A stretch of 63,870 nt of DNA, filler included, from Basidiobolus ranarum (lineage: Eukaryota): the NCBI GenBank assembly GCA_040143965.1. It is 29 parts of 29 records of this genome, joined end to end, with 100 filler letters (N's around TTAATTAATTAA, not from the genome) between each part and the next. Parts side by side here need not be neighbours in the genome. Positions count along the whole stretch, not along the records: positions 1 to 2,117 come from JASJQH010010632.1; positions 2,218 to 4,332 come from JASJQH010010633.1; positions 4,433 to 6,545 come from JASJQH010010634.1; positions 6,646 to 8,758 come from JASJQH010010635.1; positions 8,859 to 10,970 come from JASJQH010010636.1; positions 11,071 to 13,182 come from JASJQH010010637.1; 23 more parts are not named here. The stretch is one strand, 5' to 3'. The position numbers and the translations under genes are program-made. Below the pieces are notes generated by a model that did not search any database, had not been told where the DNA came from, and saw only the letters and a program-made list of their open reading frames with translations. Positions 1 through 12,188 of this stretch are shown piece after piece; the stretch's first letter is position 1, and the number at the start of each line of letters is the position of its first letter.

Positions 1-190
1 GCATGCCAAATTTGAGGATCAATATTTTAACATGTATGAATACCGCCAAGATACTGTCAAGAAACCGCCGTCACACCATCAAAATCCCTGGCAGAATGCA
101 AGCCAACAATATTGTGACGGTTCTCTGACGGTTTTGCTGTTTCAGAGGGTGGATCCGATCCGGATCAAATCGATTTTATTTTTGTTAGGG
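1..190 (+). mobile_element. CACTA/CMC-like DNA transposon, right terminus (ends TGTTAGGG)
   Basis: Near-identical to 20411-20599. Reverse-complement copies start at about 10800, 12189 and 63096. Homology ends sharply at TTAGGG, where copia sequence begins. Confidence 0.8.
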
Positions 191-725
191 AATAAGGATC
201 TAATTGGACTTAGAAGTGCAGATTGGGGAGGTGATATTGAAGACAGAAGATCTATCACTGGATATACCTTTCTCTACAGTAAAGCAGCTATATCTTAAAA
301 TAGCAAGTAACAACCCACTATAGCACTTTCAACAACCAAAGCAGAATACAAGGCAGCATCACATACAACAAAGGAGGCTATGTGGATAAGAAAACTATTC
401 AAAGACTTGGACATTTTTCAAAGTTCACCCACCATAATTTTCAAGGATAATCAAAGTTGTATTTCTTTAGCTAAAAATCCCAAATTTCATGCTAGAGGTA
501 AGTGCATTGACATTCAACATCACTTTGTTAGGGAAGCTATTGAGAATTAGCACATCCAACTACAGTACAGTCCAACTAAGGACATGATTGCTGACATCCT
601 TACCAAACCATTACCCAAACCAAAATTTGAAGAATTAAGATTTAAGCTAGGATTAAGATATATGAATATTTAGTTGAGTGGGAATGTTGAAGTTTATTGC
701 CTTTATCTGTTTGTTATCTCTATCT
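191..725 (+). mobile_element. Ty1/copia RNase H remnant, polypurine tract and start of 3' LTR
   Basis: ADWGGDIEDRRSITGY...ALSTTKAEY...DNQSCI...MIADILTKPL with stops; PPT GAGTGGGAA followed by TGTTGA at 685. Confidence 0.9.
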
Positions 726-729
726 TTAT

Positions 730-2117
730 ACACCTGAAAATCAACTTTCTCTGAATCCAATCATTCAAGTTGATTCAAACCAAAACAATGAAGAAAATAG
801 CATTCCTGTGGACTATTCAACCAAAATTGTACCTACTGAAGTGCCCAATACAATGCCAGCAGTTGGATTACCTTTATCCCAAACCAGGAGATCAAATGGG
901 ATCAGAAATAGCTCTGATTACTATATCAATGAGTCCAAAAATTGGGCCTATGCCTGCACAGCTCAAATACATGAACCCCAGACTGTAAAAGAGGTGCTTA
1001 ATGGCCCTCACACAAAATTTGGACATCTGCAATGGCTGATGAGTAACATGCTTTGATTGATAATCAAACTTGGATTTTAACCAACTTATCTGATGATAGA
1101 AAAACAATTGGCTATCAATGGATGTTTAAAGTTAAATAAAACTCTAATGGCAATATAGAAAGGTACAATCTAGACTAGTAGCCAAAGGCTATTCCCAAAC
1201 ACCAGGAATATATTATATGGAAACTTTTGCTCCTGTAGCAAAGCTTAATTCAATTAGATTGCATATAGCAATAAAAGCTAAATATCAGTTTATTATACAT
1301 CAATTGGATGTTAAAACTGCTTTTTTGAATGGTGAGCTTGCTGAGGAGTCCTATATGGACCAGCCAGATGGATTTGTTGACCCAGAAAACCCTAAAAAAG
1401 TTTGCAGACTCTGGAAAACACTCTATGGCTTAAAACAATCTCCAAGGGCTTGGAATAGCAGGGTAGATGCTTTTGGGAAACACTCAAATTCCAACAGAGT
1501 AATGCTGACTATAGTATCTACTTCAGGCCAGATAAGACAAACCTAGTTTCATTAGCCTTCTTTGTAGATGACCTTATTATAGCAATTAAAGAGGTGAAGA
1601 CTTTGGATAAAGCCAAATCCAGCTTATCTGCCAAATTCAAAATGACTGATCTTGGTGAACTGATGTAATATCTCGGAATCCAAGTTAAGATAGATAGAAC
1701 TACCAACACAATAACTTTAAACCAGTATAAATATATCCTAGATATGCTTAAGAAGCTTAAAATGGAAGAATGTAATCCAGTATTTACCCTAATGGAGACA
1801 AATCTTAACTTGACCAAAAATGGCTCAAACCAGATGTTTTTGGATTCAAATGAAAGCCAGGAATTTCCTTATCAATCTATGGTTGGTAGTTTGATGTATA
1901 TCATGGTTGGAACATGACCAGATATTGCATATTATGTGGGAGTTATGTGCCAATATCTTCAAAATTATGGATCTGATCAAATCATAGCAGTTAAGCGGAT
2001 TTTCAGATATTTGAAAGGTACTGTGGATCTATGCTTAAAATACACATATTCTGGATCAAACTTTGATCTGATGGGATATTCAGATGCAAATTGGGGAAGA
2101 GATATTGAAGACAGGAG
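730..2117 (+). mobile_element. Ty1/copia reverse transcriptase remnant
   Basis: [45 protein letters not shown] motifs broken by stops and frameshifts. Confidence 0.95.
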
Positions 2118-2217
2118 NNNNNNNNNNNNNNNNNNNNNNNNNNNNNNNNNNNNNNNNNNNNTTAATTAATTAANNNNNNNNNNNNNNNNNNNNNNNNNNN
2201 NNNNNNNNNNNNNNNNN
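2118..2217. other. Artificial contig spacer N44-TTAATTAATTAA-N44 (first of 28)
   Basis: The identical 100-bp spacer starts at 2118, 4333, 6546, 8759, 10971, 13183, 15395, 17606, 19817, 22028, 24238, 26447, 28655, 30863, 33070, 35276, 37480, 39684, 41886, 44087, 46288, 48488, 50687, 52886, 55084, 57282, 59479 and 61675. The 12-mer puts stops in all six frames and contig lengths never increase. Confidence 0.99.
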
Positions 2218-2498
2218 CCCTCTCCACCAGCTCCCCCCCCACCACCACAACCCCCACCACCTCCTCCCTAACCACCAGCTCCACCTCCCTTACCACCATC
2301 TCCACCACCATTACCACCAGCTCCGCCTCCATTACCGCCAGCTCCACCTGAATGATCTTTGGTATCATAGGCTGAGAGACCACCACCGTTACCACCAGAT
2401 CCACCGCCATTACCACCGTTACCAGTATCGTAAACGGCAGCATTAATAGCAGCAACACCGGAGAGGACGAATAAAAGTTTAGCCGCAGAGAATTTCAT
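2218..2498 (-). CDS. Secreted glycine-rich protein, N-terminal part
   Basis: Signal-peptide-like MKFSAAKLLFVLSGVAAINA followed by GGNGG/GGAGG repeats and two YDT motifs. Gly-rich sequence continues past the TAG at 2268-2270 to the contig end, so that stop may be an error. Confidence 0.75.
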
Positions 2499-3531
2499 TT
2501 TTTCAAGTAGATTTAAAGAAAGAAAAGATTGAAATTAGATGGGATTGGTTTAAGTATTGAATTGAAAGAGGATTGAATAAATTTATTGAGGGAAGGGAAA
2601 CAATATTTTTTTTTAAAGAGAAGACTCTGGGGGATAGATAAGAGAATGTTATCTAATGGGTTTGAAATGGATGAAAGTAACTTCGTATTTATACCAGATG
2701 AGGGTGGGGTAAAGTATAGGGATAGGGATAAGGATAAGGATACAGATGAAGTGGAGTACTCTACTTGGATCGAGTGATATTCCATGAATTTTACGAATAC
2801 ATTGGTTTACCTAATTCCAAGACTAATATTGGTTAGAAATTGAAATTCAATTGTTTATTGAAGCAAATGTAAATCCATATCTCATTCGGAACATACCAAG
2901 TTACATACAAATCGATGTCATTGTTTAGGGGATTTTATGAGGGGAGAAGGGGGAGAGGGGTATTGTCTCTTAAAATGAAGTATGCAACTGGTATGATTTA
3001 AAGAATCCATTCAATTTAGGTCTCATATTTCCTTTCTACGTCGCCTCATCATGCCCCTTTTTCTCCTATCTTACTTTTACAGTATTATGGGTATGCAGTT
3101 GACATCTCCTTGTTAGTTTACTGATGGGATTGGGATAAGGAATCATCTAAATGGTAACATCTAGGGGTTAGGACGAGGAGGGTTTCGTACATAGCATGTT
3201 TAAATCTACACCTTCTATCACACTCCTCCGTCTGTACGAGCGTGGTTTAAGGGGATTGGGCTCCATATATAAGATTCCATTTGAATTAGGTTTCGAAGTG
3301 GAAACATATATTGAGCTCGACATAAGATTTCCATCATGATGATATGCATTTTCAGTAAGAATAAAGATCCCAAGGATTTCCAAAAAAAGTTTACTTTCCC
3401 CCAGCCCTACGTACCGTACCGATAGGGTAGGTCAGTTTAAAGTCAAATAAAACCATGAAATTACTCTCCAAACTAATACTTTTTTATTGTGGAATAGTTA
3501 AAGAAAGGGATGAAAAAGGGGATGGAGAAAT

Positions 3532-4332
3532 TTAATCGGTTCTAAGAGTTTCCAAGAATTTCTCGCTGGTGGCGATGTGAGCTTTCTTGGCGGTCTTCTT
3601 GGTTTTACCGAGGATTTCAGCACGCTTGACAACCTTGGAGTAAGGGTTCAAACGGAGCATAACTCCGGTGTTACGAAGTGGGTTCTTCTTTTGAGCAATG
3701 GAACGCTTCTGGTGTTTGGTACCGGCGGCACGGCATACAGATTGGATTTCATCAGAGTTGATGATACGAGTAACATCAGGGTTGCTGATGATGTGTGTGG
3801 GGAGATCGTAGTTCTTCTTTAAGCTGGAAGATTTCTTGTAAGTACCGAAGAGGCTATCCAAAAGTTCGAAAGCACCTTGAGTCCAGATGATGAAACGACC
3901 AAGATGAGCACCAGGAGCCAATTGAAGGAGGTTAAGACGACGAACGTTCACCAACTCAACACCGGGAAGATTACGGAAGGCACGGACGATACCGTTATCT
4001 TCGTTGTAGACGACAAGAGGACCACGACGTTGTCTGTGACGACGGTTTCTGAGCTTACCCTTACCAGCACGGATTTTGCGAGAGTTAGCGACCTTGACGA
4101 TATCGTTATAAGCATTGAGGGCCTTGAGGAGGGCAACGGCGGCCTTGGTCTTGGTGATAGCTTCGGCGGCGTTGGCAATAACAAGAGGAATCTCTTCGAT
4201 ACCCTCAACACGGTGACCACGAGCCAACACTAAAGCGGGGATGGCAGAAGCGGCCAAAGCGGAAGCAGTAGCGAAACGCTTCTGGTTCAAGTTGGTCTTT
4301 ACGTGCCATTTTCTCCAGATCTTGGTAGGAGC
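3532..4332 (-). CDS. RPL4: 60S ribosomal protein L4 (uL4), 5'-truncated
   Basis: [59 protein letters not shown] and RIINSDEIQ; strongly biased codon usage. Confidence 0.98.
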   Translation of the reverse strand, partial: APTKIWRKWHVKTNLNQKRFATASALAASAIPALVLARGHRVEGIEEIPLVIANAAEAITKTKAAVALLKALNAYNDIVKVANSRKIRAGKGKLRNRRHRQRRGPLVVYNEDNGIVRAFRNLPGVELVNVRRLNLLQLAPGAHLGRFIIWTQGAFELLDSLFGTYKKSSSLKKNYDLPTHIISNPDVTRIINSDEIQSVCRAAGTKHQKRSIAQKKNPLRNTGVMLRLNPYSKVVKRAEILGKTKKTAKKAHIATSEKFLETLRTD

Positions 4333-4432
4333 NNNNNNNNNNNNNNNNNNNNNNNNNNNNNNNNNNNNNNNNNNNNTTAATTAATTAANNNNNNNNNNNN
4401 NNNNNNNNNNNNNNNNNNNNNNNNNNNNNNNN

Positions 4433-6013
4433 AAAACAAGATGGTTTTAGGACTAAATTTTATAACTCCACTGGATCTGGAGCCATGTGAAGTTTACCTA
4501 TATAGTAGGCAACACAGACAGCCATTTGTGGGCTCTGGAATGAGCAAATTTGATTAAAAATTGGGCATGATGCACTCAGATCTATCTGGCCCAATGCAGC
4601 CAGAATCCTTAGGTGGAAAGAGGTATCTTATGACCTTTATTAATGTTAAGACAAAGTATACTTGGGTGAACTTTCTGGCCAGTAAGGATGAAGCCTTTGT
4701 TGCCTTCAAGAAATACAAAGCAATGGTGGAGACTGAAACAGGTCTAAAGATTCAGATTGTGCATACTGATAATGGAGGGGAATAGATCCTGAAATTCTTC
4801 TCTAACTTCTGCTCAACACATGGGATAAAACAGCAGACTATAGTGCTATATTTCCCACAGCAGAATGGGGTAGCAGAATGTGCAAACAGATCAATTGTGC
4901 AAAAGGCAAGAACAATGCTTCATGATCAAGATTTACCAAAACAGTTCTGTGCTGAATTGGTCTCAACTGCAGTATATATTTGGAATAGATGTCCTTCAAG
5001 GTCTCTGTTGGCTATGACACCTTATCAAGCTTGGTTTGGAAGTAAACCTGATGTGGCTAATCTCAGAGTTTTTGGAAGTACCATATATGCAATGATTCCA
5101 TGCCAGAAGAGATCAAAATTAGAGCAAAAAATCTAGAAATGTCTTTTTTATGGGATATTGTGATTGGCCAAAAGGGTACAGACTATATGACACTGAAAAT
5201 AAGAAGCTAATGAAGTCAAGGGACATGGAGCTGGCTGAAGAAGAAAAACTTTCAATCCAAACAATACAGGATCAACAAAAGCAAACTAAAATTGATGAAA
5301 ATTCTTCTTTTTCTCACCAGATCCTGATCAGTGAAAAAAACATTGAAAATTCCTCACCTGCAGTCTCCTCAATTGAGCCTGATGTGTTTTCATTGCCTAA
5401 ATTAGTACCAGAAGTTGTAGTGCCAATTTCCTATCTTAGGAGATCCAATTGGATGAGATCTCCACCTGATTACTATTCTCACACTAGCCAAAAGGAGCCT
5501 GGTGCTAATTTAGCCTTGTCTGATGAGCCTAAATCAGTACAGGAGGCTATGGAGAGTCCCCACATGGAGTTTTGGAGTGCTGCAGTAGCAGAGGAGTACC
5601 AGTCACTCATAGATAACCAAACTTGGACTTTGGTTAAGTTACTTGATAACTAAAAATCAATTGGATGCAAATGGGTGCTTAAAGTTAAACAGCAAGCTGA
5701 TGGATCTATAGAAAGATATAAAGCCAGACTTGTGGCTAAAGGATACTCTCAAATGGAAGAAGTGGACTACAATGAAACCTTTGCTCCTGTAGCAAAGTTT
5801 AATTCCATCATAATTGCACTAGGAGTAGCTGCAAAACACAGCTTAAAAATCCATTATAGGGTTGTTAAAACTGCTTTTTTGAATAGGGACTTGGAAGAGG
5901 ATATATTCATGGATCAACCAGACGGTTTTGTGGATTCTGAGCACCCTGAGGAAGTATGTAAGCTACAAAAAGCACTTTATGGACTTAAACAAGCACCCAG
6001 GGCCTGGTACACT
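4433..6013 (+). mobile_element. Ty1/copia integrase-RT remnant
   Basis: HSDLSGPM, HTDNGGE, PQQNGVAE, RYKARLVAKGYSQ, LYGLKQAPRAWY. Interrupted at 6014 by a DNA transposon end. Confidence 0.95.
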
Positions 6014-6545
6014 AGACTTGTTTCATTGGACCAGGTCAGATTGTGCCACTTGATCCAACATGCTAGCACACCATCAGGCATACTCTATCAATTATGATGG
6101 TTAGGTCCTATAACACTCAATCAGATGCTATAAGGAACAATATGGCACTATCCCACCACAATTGGACACAATGATCTTATTGGAGAAATTATGCCAGCCT
6201 GTACCAATTTACCCAATTTAGTATTGTCAAATTAAAATTTTGGGTAACTGACAAAGCAAGTTCATCCCCTAGTTTGTAACTTACAAATTACTGAATGTGT
6301 AACAATAAACAGTTTATACTTTAACTTACCCAATCAAATATATAACCAATACATTCACATGTCTTTAGGCCAATCATTTGTCCTTCACTAACACAGTATC
6401 CTGATTTTTAATTGGGCCCAATGGCTCCTGCACTATGAAACACCAGTAGTCTTGGCACACTGGTGACAAATCACAGCACTCAATGATGGATTGATCTGCA
6501 GTATGATAGTAGTGATCAGGACTGTTTGAATCATCATTTTTAGAT
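6014..6545. mobile_element. PIF/Harbinger-type element end, subfamily B
   Basis: Starts AGACTTGTTTCATT after ACT. Colinear with 18801-19330 and, as reverse complement, with 24338-24540. Confidence 0.75.
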
Positions 6546-6694
6546 NNNNNNNNNNNNNNNNNNNNNNNNNNNNNNNNNNNNNNNNNNNNTTAATTAATTA
6601 ANNNNNNNNNNNNNNNNNNNNNNNNNNNNNNNNNNNNNNNNNNNNAGGAAAGTATATTCAATGCAGGATATGTATTAACACAGACTATTATTAG

Positions 6695-6903
6695 AGCTAA
6701 GTCATGCACAAGACGCTCTCTTTGACTCGATAAACATGCTCATATCCGATTGGGAACTGGAAGATTACGATATTGAAGATGTATTTGATCATATTCTGAC
6801 CACTGGATCCCGAGTTGAAATGTCTATTCCAGAGTGGGTCAGTTGGGATCAAGCAGAGATAGATATGGAGATTGAACTCAGTTTGTTTGCTAGAAATGTG
6901 TAA
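6695..6903 (+). CDS. Last exon of orphan gene, tandem copy 1
   Basis: TTAG acceptor followed by a 209-nt exon (E)LSHAQDALFDSINMLISDWELEDY...LFARNV*; paralogous to 7825-8033. Confidence 0.65.
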
Positions 6904-7577
6904 AGGAAACTTTAGAATCTACCAATGTAAATAAAAGAAACATTAAAAATAACTCACTGTCACTAGTCGTAATCAAATCACTCCAGTTGGAATCAACAAT
7001 ATTGGTATACAAGCATATTTAAACTTTCTCTACTAGATAAAATTGCTTATAGCGTGTCAGGATTCCCTTGAATATCGTGCGTATCACATAAATAGGTCCA
7101 CAAGGACGCTGCAATGCATAAATATTTTGTGAAGATTCGTTTTCTTTTTGGATGGGTTTAACTACAATTTAATCATATATATGTATTACTGAAGGATCCT
7201 TCCTATATCAACTATAAGTGGCATATAAAGCTCGTCTAATCACTAACTCATATCGAATCAGGTATTACGATTTAGGAGTGTTTTCGTAAGATACAGTAAA
7301 ATTGATTACAATGGGTGGATGTTTGGGCCAGAGACATCCATTGGTAGGAGGATTGATCTACCAACCCTGAAATCAGCTCACTTAAGGACCGCTACTCTCT
7401 CAGTAACCCAGAACAACTAGACGAATCACCTTTCACGTTTCTCCCTCACATATCCAGTTCTAAAGATATGACAAACTAGTCGGGAGATACTGGGAGGAGG
7501 ATTCTAACGAATTACTCCCTTAACCGTACAAATAAATACCAAAAGATCTTCGTGTTCATCAACAACCCATTACTATT

Positions 7578-8033
7578 ATGAAGCACTCCCGTAGTATCAG
7601 ACGTCAGTCTACTGTAAGCCTGCAACTCATAAAGCAAGTATCGAGAACGCTTTACTCCACTCTTTCCATAGACTACCGTAATTTGGATGACGCTAGTCGG
7701 TTCGACGGTATATTAATGCTGACACGGGATGTCCTCGATTCAGGACTTCTCCACAAAATTGATGGTATGTGAGTTTTATTCAGGTTCATTGCTCCAGAAT
7801 ACAAGTTAAAGTGTCATATTTTAGAATTAAGTCATGCGCAAGATGCTCTCTTTGACTCGCTAAACATGCTCATCTCCGATTGGGAGCTGGAAGATTACGA
7901 CGCTGAAGATGTGTTTGATCACATCCTGACCACTGGATCCCGAGTTGAAATGTCTATTCCAGAGTGGGTCAGTTGGGATCAGGCGGAGATAGATATGGAG
8001 ATTGAACTCACTTTGTTTACTAGAAATATGTAA
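7578..8033 (+). CDS. Orphan gene of about 131 aa, tandem copy 2 (exons 7578-7764 and 7825-8033)
   Basis: The GTATGT...TTAG intron at 7765-7824 joins ORF 7578 in frame to an acidic last exon. Differences from copy 1 are mostly synonymous. The true start is uncertain. Confidence 0.65.
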
Positions 8034-8858
8034 AGGTAGCTCTTGGGCTTTAACACTTGAACTTACTACTGTAAATATAATAAACATTCCTCACCTACTG
8101 TCATTAATTGTGATTTATTCACGGAACAAATAGTTACGGTTTAAGATTAGAATTTTGTTGGATACATATTTAGCTGTTGATTGGGTTATTTGCTGCATTG
8201 ATATAGATCCATAAGGTATCGTTGTTATGAATTTGTCCACTTTTACGTTACAACGAATGCTTATCCCCTAATCTTCCTCAAACAACTGCCAATTTGAATA
8301 CAATACACTTTGACCAGATTCTCACCACTATTAACCGCATTGTCCAAATACCGTCCTGGTACAAACCAATACGGCAATATTGTTGGTAATATTGTTCAAG
8401 AATACTTGTGTGGTGTGAATGAAGGCTGGTTCGAATATTATTCCAGAACCAAAGAAATGAAGTATTATAAGAATAAGATTAATATCAAAGCAGTTGTTGA
8501 AAAGATCGTGGAAGTGAGTTACTTGTGAACTCTCTTTATATATCTAAGATTTTGATATGGACATAGTTGCGATACTTCCACTGAGTAACTATCTTCTTCT
8601 TCTGCTGCCCCTAATACCTGGTAAGTGCTAGGTTAATCTGTCTTGTAGCTCATTAGTGACATCCTGAATTTTATCGGGAAATTCTAAAGAGATTAAGGCA
8701 ATTGTTTGTTTTCATACGGCTAGCATTAATCTAAATTGGCAACAACGTAGCCCACTCTNNNNNNNNNNNNNNNNNNNNNNNNNNNNNNNNNNNNNNNNNN
8801 NNTTAATTAATTAANNNNNNNNNNNNNNNNNNNNNNNNNNNNNNNNNNNNNNNNNNNN

Positions 8859-9180
8859 ATGTATGTTGGCATTGAGGGAGTCTTCAAAGTTGTCATCAGA
8901 GTGTATCTCACCAGGTCTTGGTCCCATTCTTGATAGTCCATCTGCAACAACATTTGTTTTTCCTGGTATATGTATTACTTCAAAGTCAAACATCTTGAGT
9001 CAAGCCATCCACCGGTTGGTTGCATCATCTGGCAGGTCTAGTTACTTGATCATCCCAATAAGTGGTCTTGCATCTGTTTCAAGTATGAAGTGAGTCATAT
9101 AGAGTGGGGCCTTTAGTTTCTTGATCATCTTTACAGCTCCAAGTAGCTCTCTCTTGATCTGGGATTATCTCTGCTCCCTA
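8859..9180 (-). mobile_element. Ty3/gypsy RNase H remnant
   Basis: ELLGAVK, HFILETDARPL, NRWMA, FDFEVIHIPGKTNVVADGLSR. Confidence 0.9.
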
Positions 9181-9183
9181 GGG

Positions 9184-10799
9184 TTTAATAAGCAGCTTTC
9201 ATATTTGCAGATTATTGAGGAGTGGAGAGTTCAATCCAATCTTAGCAACCAGGTTTTTATTGGTTTTCTTACACTTTTGCCACAGTTGATTGGCAACTGT
9301 TGCTTGCCACAGACCTGGTACAAGTGGAAAACACTTGTTGATTGTATGACTTATAATCCTTCAGTAATTAAACTGCCTTCATGTCCAAATGGTTGTTTAG
9401 CATTCACCGGTGATCTGAAAAACCTGAAGTCATGTACTGTTTGCACACAATTGGCAATCACTGAATCAGGTAAATATTGTTTGTATTTGGCTTACATACT
9501 GTTGATTCCCCATCTTAAAGTTTTGATGAAATCACCCAAATGTAGATCATTGATCCAATACCAAAGTACTTATCGTAAAGCTGATGGTATTAACAATATA
9601 CTTCATGGATATCACTCCCAGAATCTGAAAATTCAAGGTTTCTTTAAGAACACATATGTTCATGCATTTGCATTGGCTCTGGATAGTTTCTCACTAAACA
9701 AATATACCATTGGAAAGGCCTGCTGGCCAATAATTTGAATCAACTTAAATCTTCCTCCTTCTGAATGGTACAAGAGTTATAATATTTTGATACTTTCCAT
9801 CATATCTGGACCTAAATCACCAGTGCTAATAGATAGCTTCTTGGAGCCTGTGATTGTGGAATTTGAATGGTTATCTAATGGAGTTTGGATGGGTGAATAT
9901 ATTATTCAAGCTAATATCATTGTATGTATTGGTGAAACTCCTGCCATCAGTGAACTTGGAGGTTTTTGTGGGCACAATGCACTGTCTTGCTGTAGATTTT
10001 GTCAAATCAATGGAGTTTACTCCAACAGGCATATGCAATACTCTGTCCAAATGCAACACTAAATTCATGATTTTACTGTCAAGAGCCCTGTCAGATTTTG
10101 ATGTGATCACTGATATTAATACACCAAATAGTCATTCTAACATCAAACTTGGTATTAGCCATAAGCCTAAGACTGTATTAATAAAGGGGCTCAGCTGGAG
10201 CCAGAGCTTCCCATCAGGCACTATGCACTTACTACTCAACAACATTCCAATACTACTTACTCAGCTACATAGTGGAAAATCCAATATCAATGAGCCATTT
10301 GAGATAAAATCAAAGTTTGAATTGATTGGCAAAATACTTGAAAAGATCAAGATACCATCATATTTTACCAGGACACCCATCAATATCAACTCATCTAGGT
10401 GTTTATTCAAATGCAAAGACTGGAAGTATTGTATTTGTACATATTCAAGTGGAATCTTAAAAAAATTTCTGCCTGATAAGTATTGACAACAATGGGAGTT
10501 GTTTGTTGATATTATTAATATATTCTTATGGCATCAACTCACATTGGCAGATCTCAAGCAGATATAATAACTGTGTAAAGATTTTGTAATTTGATATGAA
10601 AAACTTTATTACAGGTTAAAAGAAGATGGACTGAATCTATGCCAGCATTCAATATATTCCCTGCTGCATCATTTTCAATGCTTAGAAATTAAAGGCCCTT
10701 GCCATACATTCTGGAAGTTCCCAATGGAGTGCACCTTTGGTCAGATGATGCTCCATGCCAAATTGTTAGTGTTACTATGTGCTAGTCTGATTAACATTG
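9184..10799 (+). mobile_element. CACTA/En-Spm (Tnp2-family) transposase pseudogene
   Basis: CPNGCLAF, ALALDSF, CWPII-INLNLPP, IISGPKSP, DSFLEP, GETPAISELGGFCGHNALSCCRFC, GTMHLL, WKFPME; stops and frameshifts. Confidence 0.85.
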
Positions 10800-10970
10800 C
10801 CCTATCAAAAATATAATTGACTTGATCTGGAACAAATCCACCCTCCAAAATAGCAAAACCATCAGAGAACCATCACAATATTGCTGGCTTACATTCTGCC
10901 AGGTATCTTGATGGTGTGACAGAGGTTTCTTGATGGTATTTGGACTGTATTCATAAATGTTAAAATATTA
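10800..10970 (-). mobile_element. CACTA-like right terminus nested in a transposase of the same family
   Basis: Begins CCCTATCAAAAAT; reverse complement of the 1-190 repeat. Confidence 0.75.
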
Positions 10971-11070
10971 NNNNNNNNNNNNNNNNNNNNNNNNNNNNNN
11001 NNNNNNNNNNNNNNTTAATTAATTAANNNNNNNNNNNNNNNNNNNNNNNNNNNNNNNNNNNNNNNNNNNN

Positions 11071-12188
11071 ACAATTGCTTTTCCTTGGCTGAATTTGACA
11101 TCATAATGTTTCTTTTCAATTGCTCCAATTAAAAACAGATTTGTTGTAAATGATGCAATATATAAGACATCTTCCAAGGTTACCATTACACTTTTGGTTT
11201 TACTTATTTATAAGTCAAGTGTGACCTTTCCCATTCCATATGCAAACAGTTTGTTTCTTCCAGCTTCCGTGATGTCCAGAGGTTCTATTTCCTGATAGTC
11301 ATGCATTATGTTTCTATTGTGACACATATGAGGCAAAATTTATCTATTGGTGGAAAAAGGTACTTAATCACATTTGCTGATGATTATACAAGATATATTT
11401 GGGACTACTTTAAGGAGAGAAAAGAGTAAGCACTCTCTATCATTAGATACTTTAAACCACTTGTGGAGACTGATACTAGAACTAAAATCAAGAAAATACA
11501 TACCAATAATTGTAGAGAATATATCTCTACACTACTAATTCACCTTTGTAAAGTTCTTCAAAATAAGCAAGAAACTACTGCCCCCTATTCACTTCAGCAT
11601 AATGGAGTTGTTGAAACAGCTAACTGGATTACAATAGAAATAGCAAGATCTTCTACTAAAGTACAGAATTTGTCTGATAATTTTTGGGCAGAATCTATTG
11701 CTGAAGCTGTAGGTCAGAAGAATAAGAGCTTTACTAGAAGTCTGTCTAACTCTACACTGTATAAAGCTTGTTTTGGTGCCAAACCTGATATAAAACATTT
11801 CAAGATCCTTGGATGCATTACTGATGTCAAATTTATGACCAAAAAACTGAAAAATAGGAAATGCATATTTTTGGGTTACTGTACTCAAACTAAGGTAGGT
11901 TGACTCTATGATACTGGAATTTTAAAGTTAAGCAATTCCAGTAATGTTTAGTTTGATTAAAATGAAACATTTTCACCTAAAATGATCTCAAATGATAACA
12001 GAAATCAATTTTCTCCTGATTCAATGATTCAAATTGATTGATACCAATATAATGAGGAAAATAGCATTCCTGTGGACCTTCAACCAAACTTTGACCTACT
12101 GAAGTGCCCAATACAGTGCCATAAGCTGTGGTACCTTCATCTCAAATCAGGAAAACATATCAAATCAGATATAGCCCTGATTACCATA
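11071..12188. mobile_element. Two Ty1/copia fragments in opposite orientation (protease region on -, 11071 to ~11330; integrase on +, ~11330-12188)
   Basis: Minus strand ...CHNRN...GMGKV...LEDVLYI...NLF; plus strand GGKRYLITFADDYTRY, APYSLQHNGVVE, KCIFLGY. Confidence 0.85.

Noticed and set aside
3405..3431. Imperfect hairpin CCCTAC...TAGGG downstream of RPL4, considered as a Helitron end or ncRNA
   Set aside because: Short, single-copy, with no adjacent CTRR terminus or other support.
3577..4233. Antisense and alternate-frame ORFs over RPL4 (likewise over the NRPS, PTR2 and the His-rich exon)
   Set aside because: Shadows of biased codon usage in real genes.
7311..7577. Upstream in-frame ATG giving MGGCLG (myristoylation-like) with several TAA codons, suggesting stop-codon reassignment
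   Set aside because: Six stops in about 75 codons is what AT-rich non-coding DNA gives, and conserved genes here (RPL4, IDH, PTR2) terminate at TAA.
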